64,000 nt of DNA from positions 2,858,970 to 2,922,969 of the forward strand of contig JAWKIR010000002.1 of NCBI GenBank assembly GCA_041394245.1, read 5' to 3'. Positions 1-9,553 of the stretch are shown one piece after another; within the stretch, counting starts at the first letter, position 1; each line of letters starts with the position of its first letter. The notes under the pieces were generated by a model that was not told where the DNA came from, did not search any database, and worked only from the letters and a program-made list of their open reading frames with translations. The position numbers and the translations under genes were made by a program. This DNA comes from Acidimicrobiales bacterium. GTDB taxonomy: Bacteria; Actinomycetota; Acidimicrobiia; Acidimicrobiales; Aldehydirespiratoraceae.

Positions 1-1318
1 CGAGGGCGTCGTCGTGGTCGCGGTCGACGCCGATCTCGTCGCACAGACGACGGATCGTGGCGGGGCCGACACCCTCCAGGGATGCGAGGACGCGATGCCA
101 GGCCAGCTGGTCGGCCGGATTGTCGAGGATGCGCAGGAGCGCCAGCAGATCTTTGACGTGGGCCGACTCGAGGTACTTCAGTCCGCCGTATTTCACATAG
201 GGGATGTCGCGTCGGGTGAGTTCGAGTTCGAGGCCGTCGGCGTGGTGGCCGGCCCGGAAGAGCACGGCCTGTTGGCGGAGATCGATCCCCCGCTCGCGGG
301 CGTCGAGCACGGCGGTCGCGACGGCGGCGCTCTGGGCACCCTCGTCGTGATGGGTCTTCAGCTTGGGGGTGAGGCCGTGCGGACGGGACGACCAGAGCTG
401 CTTCGCGTAGTGCTCGTCGCTCTGGGACAGCACGGCGTTGGCGACGGCCAGGATCGGCATGGTCGATCGATAGTTCTGTTCGAGGGTCACCCGCGTGGCG
501 CCGGGAAACTGCTCGGCGAAGTTCCACATGTTGGCCACGGTCGCCGCCCGGAACCCGTAGATGGCCTGGGCATCGTCGCCGACGGCGCACAGGTCGGTGT
601 CGGGGCGGCACATCCCCCGGACGATGTCGGCCTGGATCGGGTTGGTGTCCTGGTACTCGTCGATGAGGACGTGGTCGAAGAGATCCCGCATCGCGTCGCC
701 GACTCCGCTGACCGTGAGCCCACGCCAGAAGAGCAGCAGGTCGTCGTAGTCGAGCACCTGATGGCTGCGCTTGCGAGCGGTGTAGGCGGTGAAGATCGTC
801 CGCAGGTCGTCGGCGTGATCGGCGCACCAGGGGTAGTCGCGCTCGAGCACCTCGCCGAGCTTCGCCTGGCTGCTGACCATGCGCGAGTAGACGCCGGCGA
901 TGGTCTCCTTGCGGGGGAACCGCTTGCCCCGCTCCCCGAATCCCTCGTCGGTACGCACGATGCCCATCAGCTCGGTGGCGTCGGACTGGTCGAGCACGGT
1001 GAATCCGGGTGACAGCCCGGCGCTCTGTCCGAAGTTGCGCAGGAGTCGGTTGGCCGTGGAGTGGAAGGTGCCACCCCAGACCCGGGAGGCGGCCCGGTCG
1101 GTCGACACCGCCGCCACCCGGGCAAGCATCTCGCTCGCGGCACGTCGGGTGAACGTGAGCAGGAGGATCCGGCTCGGGTCGGCGCCGTCGTCGATGATCC
1201 GACAGACCCGGGCTGCGAGGGTCTTGGTCTTGCCGGTACCCGCGCCGGCGACGATGAGCAAGGGGGAGCCGGTGTGGTCGACGGCGGCCTGCTGCTGTGG
1301 GTTCAGCGAATCGAACAT
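1..1318 (-). CDS. UvrD/PcrA-family ATP-dependent DNA helicase, N-terminal part (3' end runs off the window)
   Basis: Absent from the ORF track because no stop lies in the window. Reverse translation from ATG at 1318 gives MFDSLNPQQQAAVDHTGSPLLIVAGAGTGKTKTLAARV (Walker A), then LIDEYQDTN. Plus-strand ORFs 14..1012 and 900..1928 are its shadows. Confidence 0.85.
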   Translation of the reverse strand, partial: MFDSLNPQQQAAVDHTGSPLLIVAGAGTGKTKTLAARVCRIIDDGADPSRILLLTFTRRAASEMLARVAAVSTDRAASRVWGGTFHSTANRLLRNFGQSAGLSPGFTVLDQSDATELMGIVRTDEGFGERGKRFPRKETIAGVYSRMVSSQAKLGEVLERDYPWCADHADDLRTIFTAYTARKRSHQVLDYDDLLLFWRGLTVSGVGDAMRDLFDHVLIDEYQDTNPIQADIVRGMCRPDTDLCAVGDDAQAIYGFRAATVANMWNFAEQFPGATRVTLEQNYRSTMPILAVANAVLSQSDEHYAKQLWSSRPHGLTPKLKTHHDEGAQSAAVATAVLDARERGIDLRQQAVLFRAGHHADGLELELTRRDIPYVKYGGLKYLESAHVKDLLALLRILDNPADQLAWHRVLASLEGVGPATIRRLCDEIGVDRDHDDAL

Positions 1319-1340
1319 GCGTTCGATCGTAGTCGAGACC

Positions 1341-2453
1341 TCAGCGGATCGAGGGAAGGGAGACGAACGGGGGCTCGGGTTTCGAGAGCGCGTATCCCTG
1401 GAAGAGCTCACAGCCGAGGTTCACGAGATGGTCGATCTCCCGGTGCGACTCGACACCTTCCGCCAACGTGATCGAGCCGAGGTCGCGACACACGACGATC
1501 ATCGACTGGACCAGCGTGCTCTGGGTCGATCGCACATGGATGTCGCGCACGAGTTCCATGTCGAACTTCACGATGTCCGGTTGCATGGTCGCGAGGCTGG
1601 TGAGTCCGGCGTAGCCGGCGCCGAGGTCGTCCAGCGCCAGCCGGTAGCCGAGGCGGCGAAGTGCGTCGAGCCGCGTCTCGACGTCGGAGATCATCGAGAG
1701 GGGTGCCCGTTCGGTGATCTCGAGCACGATGCGGTCGCGGTGAGGCGCCAGTTCGTCGCGGCCCTCGATGAGCATCGGGTCCTCGAGCGACTCGGGCAGC
1801 AGGTTCACGAAGACGGCGACGTCGTCGGGTGCCGACGGCATGTCGGTGGCGACCATGTGGCGGACCAGCCGGTCGAGATCGAATCGGCGATCCAGCTGCG
1901 TGGCGGCATGGATCAGGTCGGGGGGTGACGCGATCACCGGATGATCCACGCGGATGAGCGCCTCGTAGGCGAAGACGCGACCCGCGGGAAGCGCAACGAT
2001 CGGCTGGTACACCATGCGACAAAAGCCGAGTGCTTCCTCGAACGCCTCCTCCAGGCCGGGATCGACGTCGACCGAGCGAGAGGCGCGCCCTGCGGCCAGG
2101 GCGTCGTTGATGGCTTCGACGAGCACGTCGGACGGGCACGGCTTGACGAGGAACCGGTGGATCGCCGCGTCGTTGATCGCCGAGATCGTGGCTTCGAGCG
2201 ATGCCTCACCGGTCAGAATGATCCGCTGAACGTCGGGATGTTCCTCGCGGACGCGGGCCAGGAACTCCGTGCCCGTCATCTGCGGCATGCGCTCATCCGA
2301 CACCACGACGTCCACGTCGCCCGCAGCGAGTGCGGCGAGTCCGTCTCGTCCGGAGTTGGCCGTGCGGACTTCGAACGGCATCTTGCGGAGTGCGACCCGC
2401 ACGGCGTCGGTGACACCGACCTCGTCGTCGACGAAGAGGACGACCGGGCTCAC
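1341..2453 (-). CDS. Response regulator, REC + EAL (c-di-GMP phosphodiesterase type)
   Basis: 370 aa. N-terminal receiver (VLFVDDE...SDERMP...LVKP). C-terminal EAL-type motifs (YQPIV, EALIR, EITE, DDLGAGY, QGY). Confidence 0.9.
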   Translation of the reverse strand: MSPVVLFVDDEVGVTDAVRVALRKMPFEVRTANSGRDGLAALAAGDVDVVVSDERMPQMTGTEFLARVREEHPDVQRIILTGEASLEATISAINDAAIHRFLVKPCPSDVLVEAINDALAAGRASRSVDVDPGLEEAFEEALGFCRMVYQPIVALPAGRVFAYEALIRVDHPVIASPPDLIHAATQLDRRFDLDRLVRHMVATDMPSAPDDVAVFVNLLPESLEDPMLIEGRDELAPHRDRIVLEITERAPLSMISDVETRLDALRRLGYRLALDDLGAGYAGLTSLATMQPDIVKFDMELVRDIHVRSTQSTLVQSMIVVCRDLGSITLAEGVESHREIDHLVNLGCELFQGYALSKPEPPFVSLPSIR

Positions 2454-3592
2454 CGGGCCAGCTCCCGTGCCATCGACAGGGGTGCGAGCACCCGGATCGG
2501 TTCGACGATGCCCGGACCGGCCCCGAAGGTGCGGATGCGGCCGACGAGCACGGTGGTCAAGGTGACGCCTTCTGCCGCCAGTTTCGATCCGGTCGTGGTC
2601 ATCACGTCCTCCGTGAGCTTCATTCCCGCCGCGAGCTGGTCGGCGGTCGTGTCGATCTCGACCATCGCGTTCGACGACGGCTTCACCTTGCCGAGGGCGG
2701 TGAGCAGGAACTCGGGTGGTGGATGGCTCTCGGCGGCCAGGAGCGCCAGCGCGGCGACGCGGCTCTCGCCGGAGCTCACCAGGTCGTCGAAGCGGTACGC
2801 GAGTCGGAGCAGTTCGGTCTTCAACGCCGTGTCACCGCACTCGGCGAGCGTCTCGGCGGTCATCGCCGGCCGGGTGTCCTGCTGATGCGAGACGATCTCG
2901 GCGACGGTCTCGAGGCGTGGGATCCGTGTGAGCAAGTCGCCGGCCACCGTCGAGTGCAGGGCCACCGACCCGGGCAGCAGATCACCGTGGTCGTCGCCGA
3001 CCACGACACAGCCGATCTGGGAGAGGCGCGCGGCGAGGAGGAGGTCCCAGTCCACGTCGCGCTCGAGCTGACGGCACAGACCGGTCACGATGTCGACGAT
3101 GCGCATCGTCTTGCTGTAGGCGCCGACGCTGACCAAGCCGAGCACGTCGGTGAGCATGCCGACGGCGCCACTGAGCGTCTGGTCGAGCAGGTCACGTTCG
3201 ACGGTGCGAAGTCGCGACTGTTCGATCGCCTCGTCGATGGTCTCCGTGAGGAGTTCCGGAGGGCACGGCTTGGTCAGGAAACGGAAGACCCTCGCGTCGT
3301 TGACCGCAGCGATCGCCGCGTCGAGATCGGCTTGTCCGGTGAGGAGGATCCGGGGCAGCTCCGGGTGGCGTTCGCGCACCGCGGTCAGGAACTGCGCGCC
3401 GGACATCTGCGGCATGCGCATGTCCGAGACGACGGCGTCGACCCCGGCCTCGCGCGTCTCGGCGAGATACGAGAGCCCCTCGGCACCGCTCGACGCAACC
3501 GCGACGTTGTAGCGCTTGCGCAGGCCGAGACGCATGCCTTCGAGGAGCTCTGATTCGTCGTCGACGAAGAGAACGGTGGGCTTGTCGGTCAC
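2450..3592 (-). CDS. Response regulator, REC + degenerate HD-GYP-like output domain
   Basis: Real start is GTG at 3592 ([13 protein letters not shown]), a GTGA overlap with the upstream stop. The C-terminal domain aligns in pattern to HD-GYP, but HD is LSQIG, HHE is SHQQD, and there is no GYP. The track ORF 2450..5014 is an over-extension. Confidence 0.75.
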   Translation of the reverse strand: MTDKPTVLFVDDESELLEGMRLGLRKRYNVAVASSGAEGLSYLAETREAGVDAVVSDMRMPQMSGAQFLTAVRERHPELPRILLTGQADLDAAIAAVNDARVFRFLTKPCPPELLTETIDEAIEQSRLRTVERDLLDQTLSGAVGMLTDVLGLVSVGAYSKTMRIVDIVTGLCRQLERDVDWDLLLAARLSQIGCVVVGDDHGDLLPGSVALHSTVAGDLLTRIPRLETVAEIVSHQQDTRPAMTAETLAECGDTALKTELLRLAYRFDDLVSSGESRVAALALLAAESHPPPEFLLTALGKVKPSSNAMVEIDTTADQLAAGMKLTEDVMTTTGSKLAAEGVTLTTVLVGRIRTFGAGPGIVEPIRVLAPLSMARELAR

Positions 3593-4815
3593 GGTCTTGC
3601 CTCGACGAGCCCCGCCTCCCAGCGGTCGAGGGCGGCGGTCATGGTGTCGTCGAGTCGGGTGACGAGCGGCCGACCGAGTGAGTCCCCCAGACGTCGCTGC
3701 ACGATCAGGGCGGCGGCTTGTACCGCGGTGGTGCAGGTGAACGGCGTGTCGATGTCGGGGTCGGGAAGGTCGCTGGATGCGGCCACCGCGAGCACGAGTT
3801 CCGACGGAAGGCCCCAGATGGACAGCAGGTGTCCGGCCAGGTCGGTGTGGCGAACCCCGAACAGCATCCGCTCGGCGGTCGGCAGGTCGATGTCCTCGGC
3901 TTCGGCATGGTCGTAGGCCGCACGGAGGCGACCGGGCGTGGTCGAGGCTTCGAGCAGGATGCCGACGTGCGCGAGCAGACCGCCGACGGCGGCGATCGTG
4001 GCGTGCTCGGGACGGGCCAACGCCGAGGCGACGTGTCCGACCGAGGAGCCGTAGGTCGCGAGGGCATCGGGCGGGAATCCCCGGATGTCGGTGTCGGTGT
4101 CGAGGGCGCGCATCACCTCGACGGTCAGGGCGAGCTGGGCGACGGCGACGATGCCGATCCGGCCGACGGCATCGCGCACGGTCGTCGACGGCGTCGCGCC
4201 GGCGAACGCCGAGTTCGCGAGCTGGAGCAGCTTCGCGGTGATCGCCGGATCGGTTTCGGCAGCGGCCGCCACCGCGTCGAACGACACGTTGGGGTCGGCC
4301 AGAAGGGTCTGGATCCGCAGGTAGTGCTCGGGCAGGCTGGGCACGTTGTCGGCTCCGGCGATGACGCCGGCGACCTGATCGTCGAGGTGGAGCGAGCGAT
4401 ACCGGACCGCGTCGGCCAGGGCGGCGAGCAACTGCTCCCGCGGGCATGGCTTCGTCAACCAGCGGTGGGCCTCGAGCATCGACCTCATGACGAGTTGGGG
4501 CTCGGCCTCGCCGGAGAGGACGAAGCGCACGACATGGGGGTGTTCGCGTCGAATCGTGACCAGCAGGTCGGCGCCGTTGGCTCCGGGCATACGCATGTCC
4601 GTCACGACCACGTCGACGTGGTGTGCGTCGAGGATCTCGAGGGCCTCCTCGACACTCCCCGCCCAGAGGAAGTGATAGCTCTTGCGGGCCTGGCGCAGGG
4701 CGAGGCGAATGCCGTCGAGCACCCCGGGTTCGTCGTCGACGAACAGCACGGTCGGGCGAGGCTCGGCGCCGCCGGCCGGGGCACCGGTCGTGTCGTGGGT
4801 CGCGATCGTGGTCAT
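3589..4815 (-). CDS. Response regulator, REC + HDOD domain
   Basis: Start ATG at 4815 (MTTIATHD...), an ATGA overlap with the kinase stop. Receiver (VLFVDDEP...TDMRMP...LTKP), then an HDOD-like stretch ([19 protein letters not shown]...[16 protein letters not shown]). Confidence 0.8.
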   Translation of the reverse strand: MTTIATHDTTGAPAGGAEPRPTVLFVDDEPGVLDGIRLALRQARKSYHFLWAGSVEEALEILDAHHVDVVVTDMRMPGANGADLLVTIRREHPHVVRFVLSGEAEPQLVMRSMLEAHRWLTKPCPREQLLAALADAVRYRSLHLDDQVAGVIAGADNVPSLPEHYLRIQTLLADPNVSFDAVAAAAETDPAITAKLLQLANSAFAGATPSTTVRDAVGRIGIVAVAQLALTVEVMRALDTDTDIRGFPPDALATYGSSVGHVASALARPEHATIAAVGGLLAHVGILLEASTTPGRLRAAYDHAEAEDIDLPTAERMLFGVRHTDLAGHLLSIWGLPSELVLAVAASSDLPDPDIDTPFTCTTAVQAAALIVQRRLGDSLGRPLVTRLDDTMTAALDRWEAGLVEARP

Positions 4816-6128
4816 GTCGGCGGCTCCGACGGCAACCAGATGCGGAAGGTGGTGCCGACCCCTTCCTCGACATCCACACCGATCTTGCCGTTGTGGCCGT
4901 CCACGACGACAGAGCGCGAGATCGCCAGTCCCTGGCCGGTCCCCCTGCCGGGTTCCTTGGTCGTGAAGAAGGGATCGAAGATCCGGTCGCGGATGGCTGC
5001 GGGGATCCCGCCACCAGTGTCGGCGATCGTCAGACAGACACCGCCGCCCTCCTCGACACACCGGATCGTGATGGTTCCCCGGTCCGGGGTCCCCTCGACC
5101 CGATCGGCGATGGCATGTGCGGCGTTCACCACGATGTTCAGCAGCACCTGCGACAGGTCACCCCGCTTGCACACGACCTGCGGGATCTCCGCCGGTACGA
5201 AGTCGACGTCGGCGATGTACTTGTACTCGTTGCGGGCGACGATGAGCGTCGTGTCGATCATCTCGTTGAGATCCTCGGGAGCGTGCTGCTCACTGCCGGG
5301 ATGGGAGAACTGCTTCATCGCCTTGACGATGGTCGACACCCGTTCGACGCCCTCGAGGGTGCGGCGTACGGCTGCGGGCCCCTCGACGGCGATGAACTCC
5401 AGGTCGGCCTCCTCTTCGGCCTCGTCGACAGCTGCGATCGCACTGTTGATCGCACTGTTGGTCGCGGCGTCGGCGCTGATCATCGTGCGGAGCGCACCGT
5501 GGGCCTCGGCGACTCGCAGGAGGTCGTCGATGACATCGCCCAGGAAGTGGACACTGTCACCGATGTACTGGATCGGCGTGTTGATCTCGTGGGCGACGCC
5601 GGCGGCGAGCTGACCGACCGACTCGAGCTTCTGGGAATGGCGGAGTTCGAGTTCGAGCTGTCGCCGCTCGCTGATGTCGGTCGCGACGCAGACGGCGCCG
5701 GTGGTCTGCCCTTCGTCGTCGACGAGGGCCGACGTCGCGACGAGGACCGGAAGGCTGCCGTCGGCCGTCGCCAGGGATGCCTCGCCGGACCAGACGAGGT
5801 CGTCATCGGAGACCACCTCGCCCGTCCGGCTGATGAGGGTCCAGAGCGACTCGCCGAGCAGTTCCGAGACGTCGGTGCCCGTGAGCCCGGCCGTCGTGCC
5901 CTGGGCCGACACGATCCGCGCGTCGGCATCGGTCACGATGACCGCCGAGTCCATACTCCGCAGGATGCTCTCGAGGAAGCGGCTCTTCGCGCTGATCTCC
6001 TCCTTCGCGAGATACAGCGACCGGGTGTTGTCCTCGATCATCCGCTCGAGGATCGAGATCTTCTCGCGGGCTCGCTCGAGTCGTCCCTCCAGCCGTTCGT
6101 GGGTGTCAGGCATCGACGGGAATGCCAT
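4812..6128 (-). CDS. Cytoplasmic sensor histidine kinase (coiled coil + PAS + HisKA + HATPase)
   Basis: 438 aa with no TM segment. PAS-like [15 protein letters not shown]-box [17 protein letters not shown]1 and G2 boxes (NAAHAI, DTGGGIP, GTGQGL). Confidence 0.9.
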   Translation of the reverse strand: MAFPSMPDTHERLEGRLERAREKISILERMIEDNTRSLYLAKEEISAKSRFLESILRSMDSAVIVTDADARIVSAQGTTAGLTGTDVSELLGESLWTLISRTGEVVSDDDLVWSGEASLATADGSLPVLVATSALVDDEGQTTGAVCVATDISERRQLELELRHSQKLESVGQLAAGVAHEINTPIQYIGDSVHFLGDVIDDLLRVAEAHGALRTMISADAATNSAINSAIAAVDEAEEEADLEFIAVEGPAAVRRTLEGVERVSTIVKAMKQFSHPGSEQHAPEDLNEMIDTTLIVARNEYKYIADVDFVPAEIPQVVCKRGDLSQVLLNIVVNAAHAIADRVEGTPDRGTITIRCVEEGGGVCLTIADTGGGIPAAIRDRIFDPFFTTKEPGRGTGQGLAISRSVVVDGHNGKIGVDVEEGVGTTFRIWLPSEPPT

Positions 6129-6687
6129 CCGCCGGAGTCTGCGTCGTCCGTCCGTCGGCCAGGACGATCCGGAAGGTCGCGTTGGTTCCCTCCGAGCTCA
6201 CCATCTCGTGGGTGAACTCGGTCTCGAACCAGTCGCCGGCGCCGTCCAGCAGACCGTGGACCAACCCGAACAGCCCGAACGGCGACGCGTAGTGCATGAG
6301 GAGCTCACCGTCGCCGATCCGCTCGACGGCGAATCGGGCCGGGGACGCGTCCTGATCAAGCTTGCGGACCTCGGTGTGGACCACCGATTCCAGACCCAGC
6401 AGGAACGCCTCCAGGTCGTCGAAGTGCGCCATGAGGGAGGGAACGGCGCCCGCCAGGGTCGGGAAGGCGTGGCGGCCGCAGGCCTGGAGGGCCTCGTCGA
6501 CGGTCACTCCGAGCTTGGCCGCCGCGGTGACGACGAGCGCCACCAGGTCGCCGGCCGGATAGGTCCCCGGTCCGACGAAGGGCTCGGTGGTCTCGATCGT
6601 CGTGTCGGCCACGATGTCCTCGAGCACGTCCTCGCCGAAGGTCTCCACGACGAAGTTCTCGAACACGTTGAAAATGACGCCCTTCAC
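6106..6687 (-). CDS. H-NOX (heme-NO/O2-binding, HNOB) sensor protein
   Basis: GTG at 6687 is preceded by GAGGAG 6 nt upstream. VKGVIFNVFENFVVETFGEDV resembles H-NOX N-termini. His104, Pro116 and Tyr133-x-Ser135 sit at canonical positions. It overlaps the kinase start. Confidence 0.8.
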   Translation of the reverse strand: MKGVIFNVFENFVVETFGEDVLEDIVADTTIETTEPFVGPGTYPAGDLVALVVTAAAKLGVTVDEALQACGRHAFPTLAGAVPSLMAHFDDLEAFLLGLESVVHTEVRKLDQDASPARFAVERIGDGELLMHYASPFGLFGLVHGLLDGAGDWFETEFTHEMVSSEGTNATFRIVLADGRTTQTPADGIPVDA

Positions 6688-6817
6688 GGAGGACTCCTCT
6701 GCCGATCGATGTCGGCCGCAGCGTCGGTTGCCCCCTGCGCCACATGAGAGACTGGGTCGATGCTGTCGATCGCTGCGCTCCGATCCGCCCCGTCGTCGGG
6801 CGAGGGGTAGGTCGCTC

Positions 6818-9493
6818 GTGCCCGAGATTCCGGCGGGGATCGTGACGTTCCTGTTCACCGATGTCGAGGGGTCGACGCGGCTGTGGGCGGCCGACGCCGA
6901 GGCCACCGCGCGGAGCTTCGAACGCCACGACGAGATCATCCGCGACGCGATCGAGCGCTGCGGCGGCTACGTCTTCGGTTGGGCCGGTGACCACTTCCGC
7001 GGCGCTTTCGGTGATCCCGAGGCGGCGGTCGCCGCAGCGGTGGCTGCGCAGGCGGCGCTGGCGTCGTGTGACTGGCACGGCGACCCGGCACTGCGGGTGC
7101 GGATGGGTCTGCATCGCGGCCGCTCGACCCAGCGGGCCGGCGACTACTTCGGGCCGGTGCCCAACACGGCGGCGCGGTTGGAGGCACTCGCCGCCGGCGG
7201 GCAGATCCTGCTGTCGGCCGCCGTCGCCGACCTGGTCGACGTCGAGATGCTGGCGCTCGGCCAGCACCGTTTGCGTGACGTCCCCGAGCCCGTCGACATC
7301 TTCCAAGTCGGCGTCGAGTCGTTCCGGCCGCTCCAGGTCATCGACCCGTCGCTGTCGACCCTCCCGCTCCCCGGGTCACCGCTGATCGGACGACAACGCG
7401 AAGTCGGGCGGATCCGCCAGCTGCTCGAGACCTCGGCGATGGTGACGCTCACCGGATCCGGTGGCTGTGGGAAGACCCGGCTGGCCGTGGAGGTCGCCTA
7501 CCAGGAACTGCCGAGCCGATCCGACGGCTGCTACTTCGTCGACCTGTCGAGCGTGTCGGACGGGTCCGAGCTGCCGGCCGCCCTCGCGATCGCGGTGCGC
7601 CTCGAGTTCGGCGGCTCGGACGAAGGAGCGCTCGATCAGGTGATCGCGCACCTGGAGCGACGCGATGCCCTCCTCGTTCTCGACAATTGCGAGCACATCG
7701 TCGACGACTGCGCAGTGTTCGCCGAGCGCCTCCTGGCCCGCAACAGCGCGACCGCGGTGCTCGCGACCACCCGGGAGCGTCTCGACGTGGCGGGAGAGGA
7801 TGTGGTCGCCGTCGGTTCGCTGAGCATCGAGGGCGACGCTCCGGCCGTGCAACTCTTCGTCGAGCGGGCAAGGGCGGCGAGCCCGACCTTCACCTGCGGT
7901 GATGAGCCCGACGATCCTGTGCGGGCGACCGTGGGCGAGATCTGTCGACAGCTCGACGGCATGCCACTCGCCATCGAACTCGCCGCCGCCCGAGTGTCGG
8001 TGCTGACGCCCGCCCAGCTGCTCGATCGTATGTCCGACCGATTCCGTCTCCTGTCCGGCGGGCGCGGTCGGCACAAGCGGCGGACACTCCAGGCGACGCT
8101 CGACTGGTCCTACGACCTGCTCGACGAGGACGAGCAGCAGTTCTTCCGGCGTTGCGGGGTCTTCGTCGGGTCCTTCGACCTTCCCGCCGCGGTCGCCGTT
8201 TCGGGCTTCGACGACTATGACGCCATCGACTTGCTCGGCTCTCTCGTCGCCAAGTCGCTCCTGGCGATCGACGACTCGCCCGGCAATCCGACCACGCGGT
8301 ACCGGATGCTCGAGACCATCCGCATCTATGCCGGTGACCTGCTCGCACGGTCCGACGATGTGCTCGCGGCCCGCGAAGCCCACCTGCGCTGGTTCCGTTC
8401 CCGAGCGGTCACGCAGGATTTCGTCGAGGCGGCCGACCTGAACCGGGCGCGCGGGCTCAGGGCCGACTGGCCCAATCTCGCGAGTGCCCTCGAGTGGGCG
8501 CTGGTGCGTGGCACCGATCCGGAGACGGGCGCCACCGGGAGCGAGGTCGCCGCCCACCTCGCGTTCGGTTGTCAGGGCCTCTGGGAGGCGCAGGTGCCGG
8601 CGATCGAGGGACGTCGCTGGGTCGAGCAGATCGCCGAGGACCTCGAGGCCGGGGAGTGCCGTGACTGGATGCGATACATCAGCGTCGTGCTCTCCATGCA
8701 GCTCGACGACTTCGCCGTGGTCCACCGGCAACTCGAGGAACTGATCGCGGCCGAGGGCACGGTGCCCGAGGTGTTGGCACAGGCGGCGGGGCTGATAGCG
8801 TTCCTGTGCGGTCGTCAGGACCGGGATCGGGCCCGAGCGCTCGCCGAGCGAGCCGAGCAGGTGGTGACCGAGCACCGTTTGGCCGGGGAGCATCTCACGC
8901 CCGGTATATGGGCCAGCGGGTGCCTGGCGCTCTACGAGAACCGCGCCGACGTGTCGTTGCCCGAGTTCGCCAGGGCTTCTGCACTGTTGGAGGCCACGGG
9001 GCGTCACACCAACCATCGGGTGATGGCCGGGCTCGCGCTGGCATCGGCCCACATCCTCATCGGCGATCCGGCCCGGGCGCTCGACATCGTCGAGTCGGGA
9101 GAATGGGCGTCGTCGGTGTGGGATTCGTCGCCGACCGTGCGGGCGCTTGCGCTCGTCGACCTCGGACGGACCCCCGAGGCCGCCGAGCTGGTGATCGACT
9201 TCGGCTACGCGGCGCTACGAGGTCGGCTCAGCCGCATGGCCAACGACGCGCTGGTCGGGTTGGCCGCACTGGCGATCAAGCGCGGCGAGGAGGCACATGC
9301 CTGGGTCCTGCTCCAACAGGCCGCGTCGCCGAAGACCCCCTTCACCATCGCGCTGGCGGAGGGACTGGCCGATCGGCTCGGCCACGGCGAGGACCTGCGA
9401 GCCATCCATCGCGACCGTCGGCGGCCGCTGACGGAGCTCGACGCGTCCGAGCATCTCCGGGCCGAGCTCGACCGGATTCGGCTCGTTCGCTGA
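6818..9493 (+). CDS. Class III adenylate/guanylate cyclase fused to a STAND/AAA ATPase and TPR-like repeats
   Basis: GTG at 6818 (VPEIPAGIVTFLFTDVEGSTRLW). Cyclase motifs GDHFRGAF and PNTAARL. P-loop GSGGCGKTRLA. Long helical-repeat C-terminus. No HTH seen. Confidence 0.85.
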   Translation: MPEIPAGIVTFLFTDVEGSTRLWAADAEATARSFERHDEIIRDAIERCGGYVFGWAGDHFRGAFGDPEAAVAAAVAAQAALASCDWHGDPALRVRMGLHRGRSTQRAGDYFGPVPNTAARLEALAAGGQILLSAAVADLVDVEMLALGQHRLRDVPEPVDIFQVGVESFRPLQVIDPSLSTLPLPGSPLIGRQREVGRIRQLLETSAMVTLTGSGGCGKTRLAVEVAYQELPSRSDGCYFVDLSSVSDGSELPAALAIAVRLEFGGSDEGALDQVIAHLERRDALLVLDNCEHIVDDCAVFAERLLARNSATAVLATTRERLDVAGEDVVAVGSLSIEGDAPAVQLFVERARAASPTFTCGDEPDDPVRATVGEICRQLDGMPLAIELAAARVSVLTPAQLLDRMSDRFRLLSGGRGRHKRRTLQATLDWSYDLLDEDEQQFFRRCGVFVGSFDLPAAVAVSGFDDYDAIDLLGSLVAKSLLAIDDSPGNPTTRYRMLETIRIYAGDLLARSDDVLAAREAHLRWFRSRAVTQDFVEAADLNRARGLRADWPNLASALEWALVRGTDPETGATGSEVAAHLAFGCQGLWEAQVPAIEGRRWVEQIAEDLEAGECRDWMRYISVVLSMQLDDFAVVHRQLEELIAAEGTVPEVLAQAAGLIAFLCGRQDRDRARALAERAEQVVTEHRLAGEHLTPGIWASGCLALYENRADVSLPEFARASALLEATGRHTNHRVMAGLALASAHILIGDPARALDIVESGEWASSVWDSSPTVRALALVDLGRTPEAAELVIDFGYAALRGRLSRMANDALVGLAALAIKRGEEAHAWVLLQQAASPKTPFTIALAEGLADRLGHGEDLRAIHRDRRRPLTELDASEHLRAELDRIRLVR

Positions 9494-9523
9494 GCGCGCC
9501 GGAAGGGGGACGCGAGAGGACCC

Positions 9524-9553
9524 TTGACAGAGAACATCGAAAACGCATGAAAT
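9524..9553 (+). promoter_or_regulatory. Putative promoter of the toxin operon (TTGACA -35, TGAAAT -10-like), possibly giving a leaderless mRNA
   Basis: TTGACA at 9524-9529, an 18-nt spacer, then TGAAAT at 9548-9553 in a local AT-rich patch. ATG at 9561 lies 7 nt after the -10. AATGCATT palindrome at 9551-9558. Confidence 0.4.

Noticed and set aside
14-1928. Long plus-strand ORFs 14..1012 (332 aa) and 900..1928 (342 aa)
   Set aside because: They are Arg/Gly/Val-rich with no recognisable motifs. They lie antisense to a clear UvrD-like helicase and to the REC-EAL gene, which makes them high-GC shadow ORFs.
2450-5061. Track ORFs 2450..5014 (854 aa) and 3589..5061 (490 aa) taken at face value
   Set aside because: Their N-terminal halves are Arg/Pro-rich read-through of the upstream genes in another frame. 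Receiver domains begin at the GTG at 3592 and the ATG at 4815, each forming a 4-nt overlap with the upstream stop.
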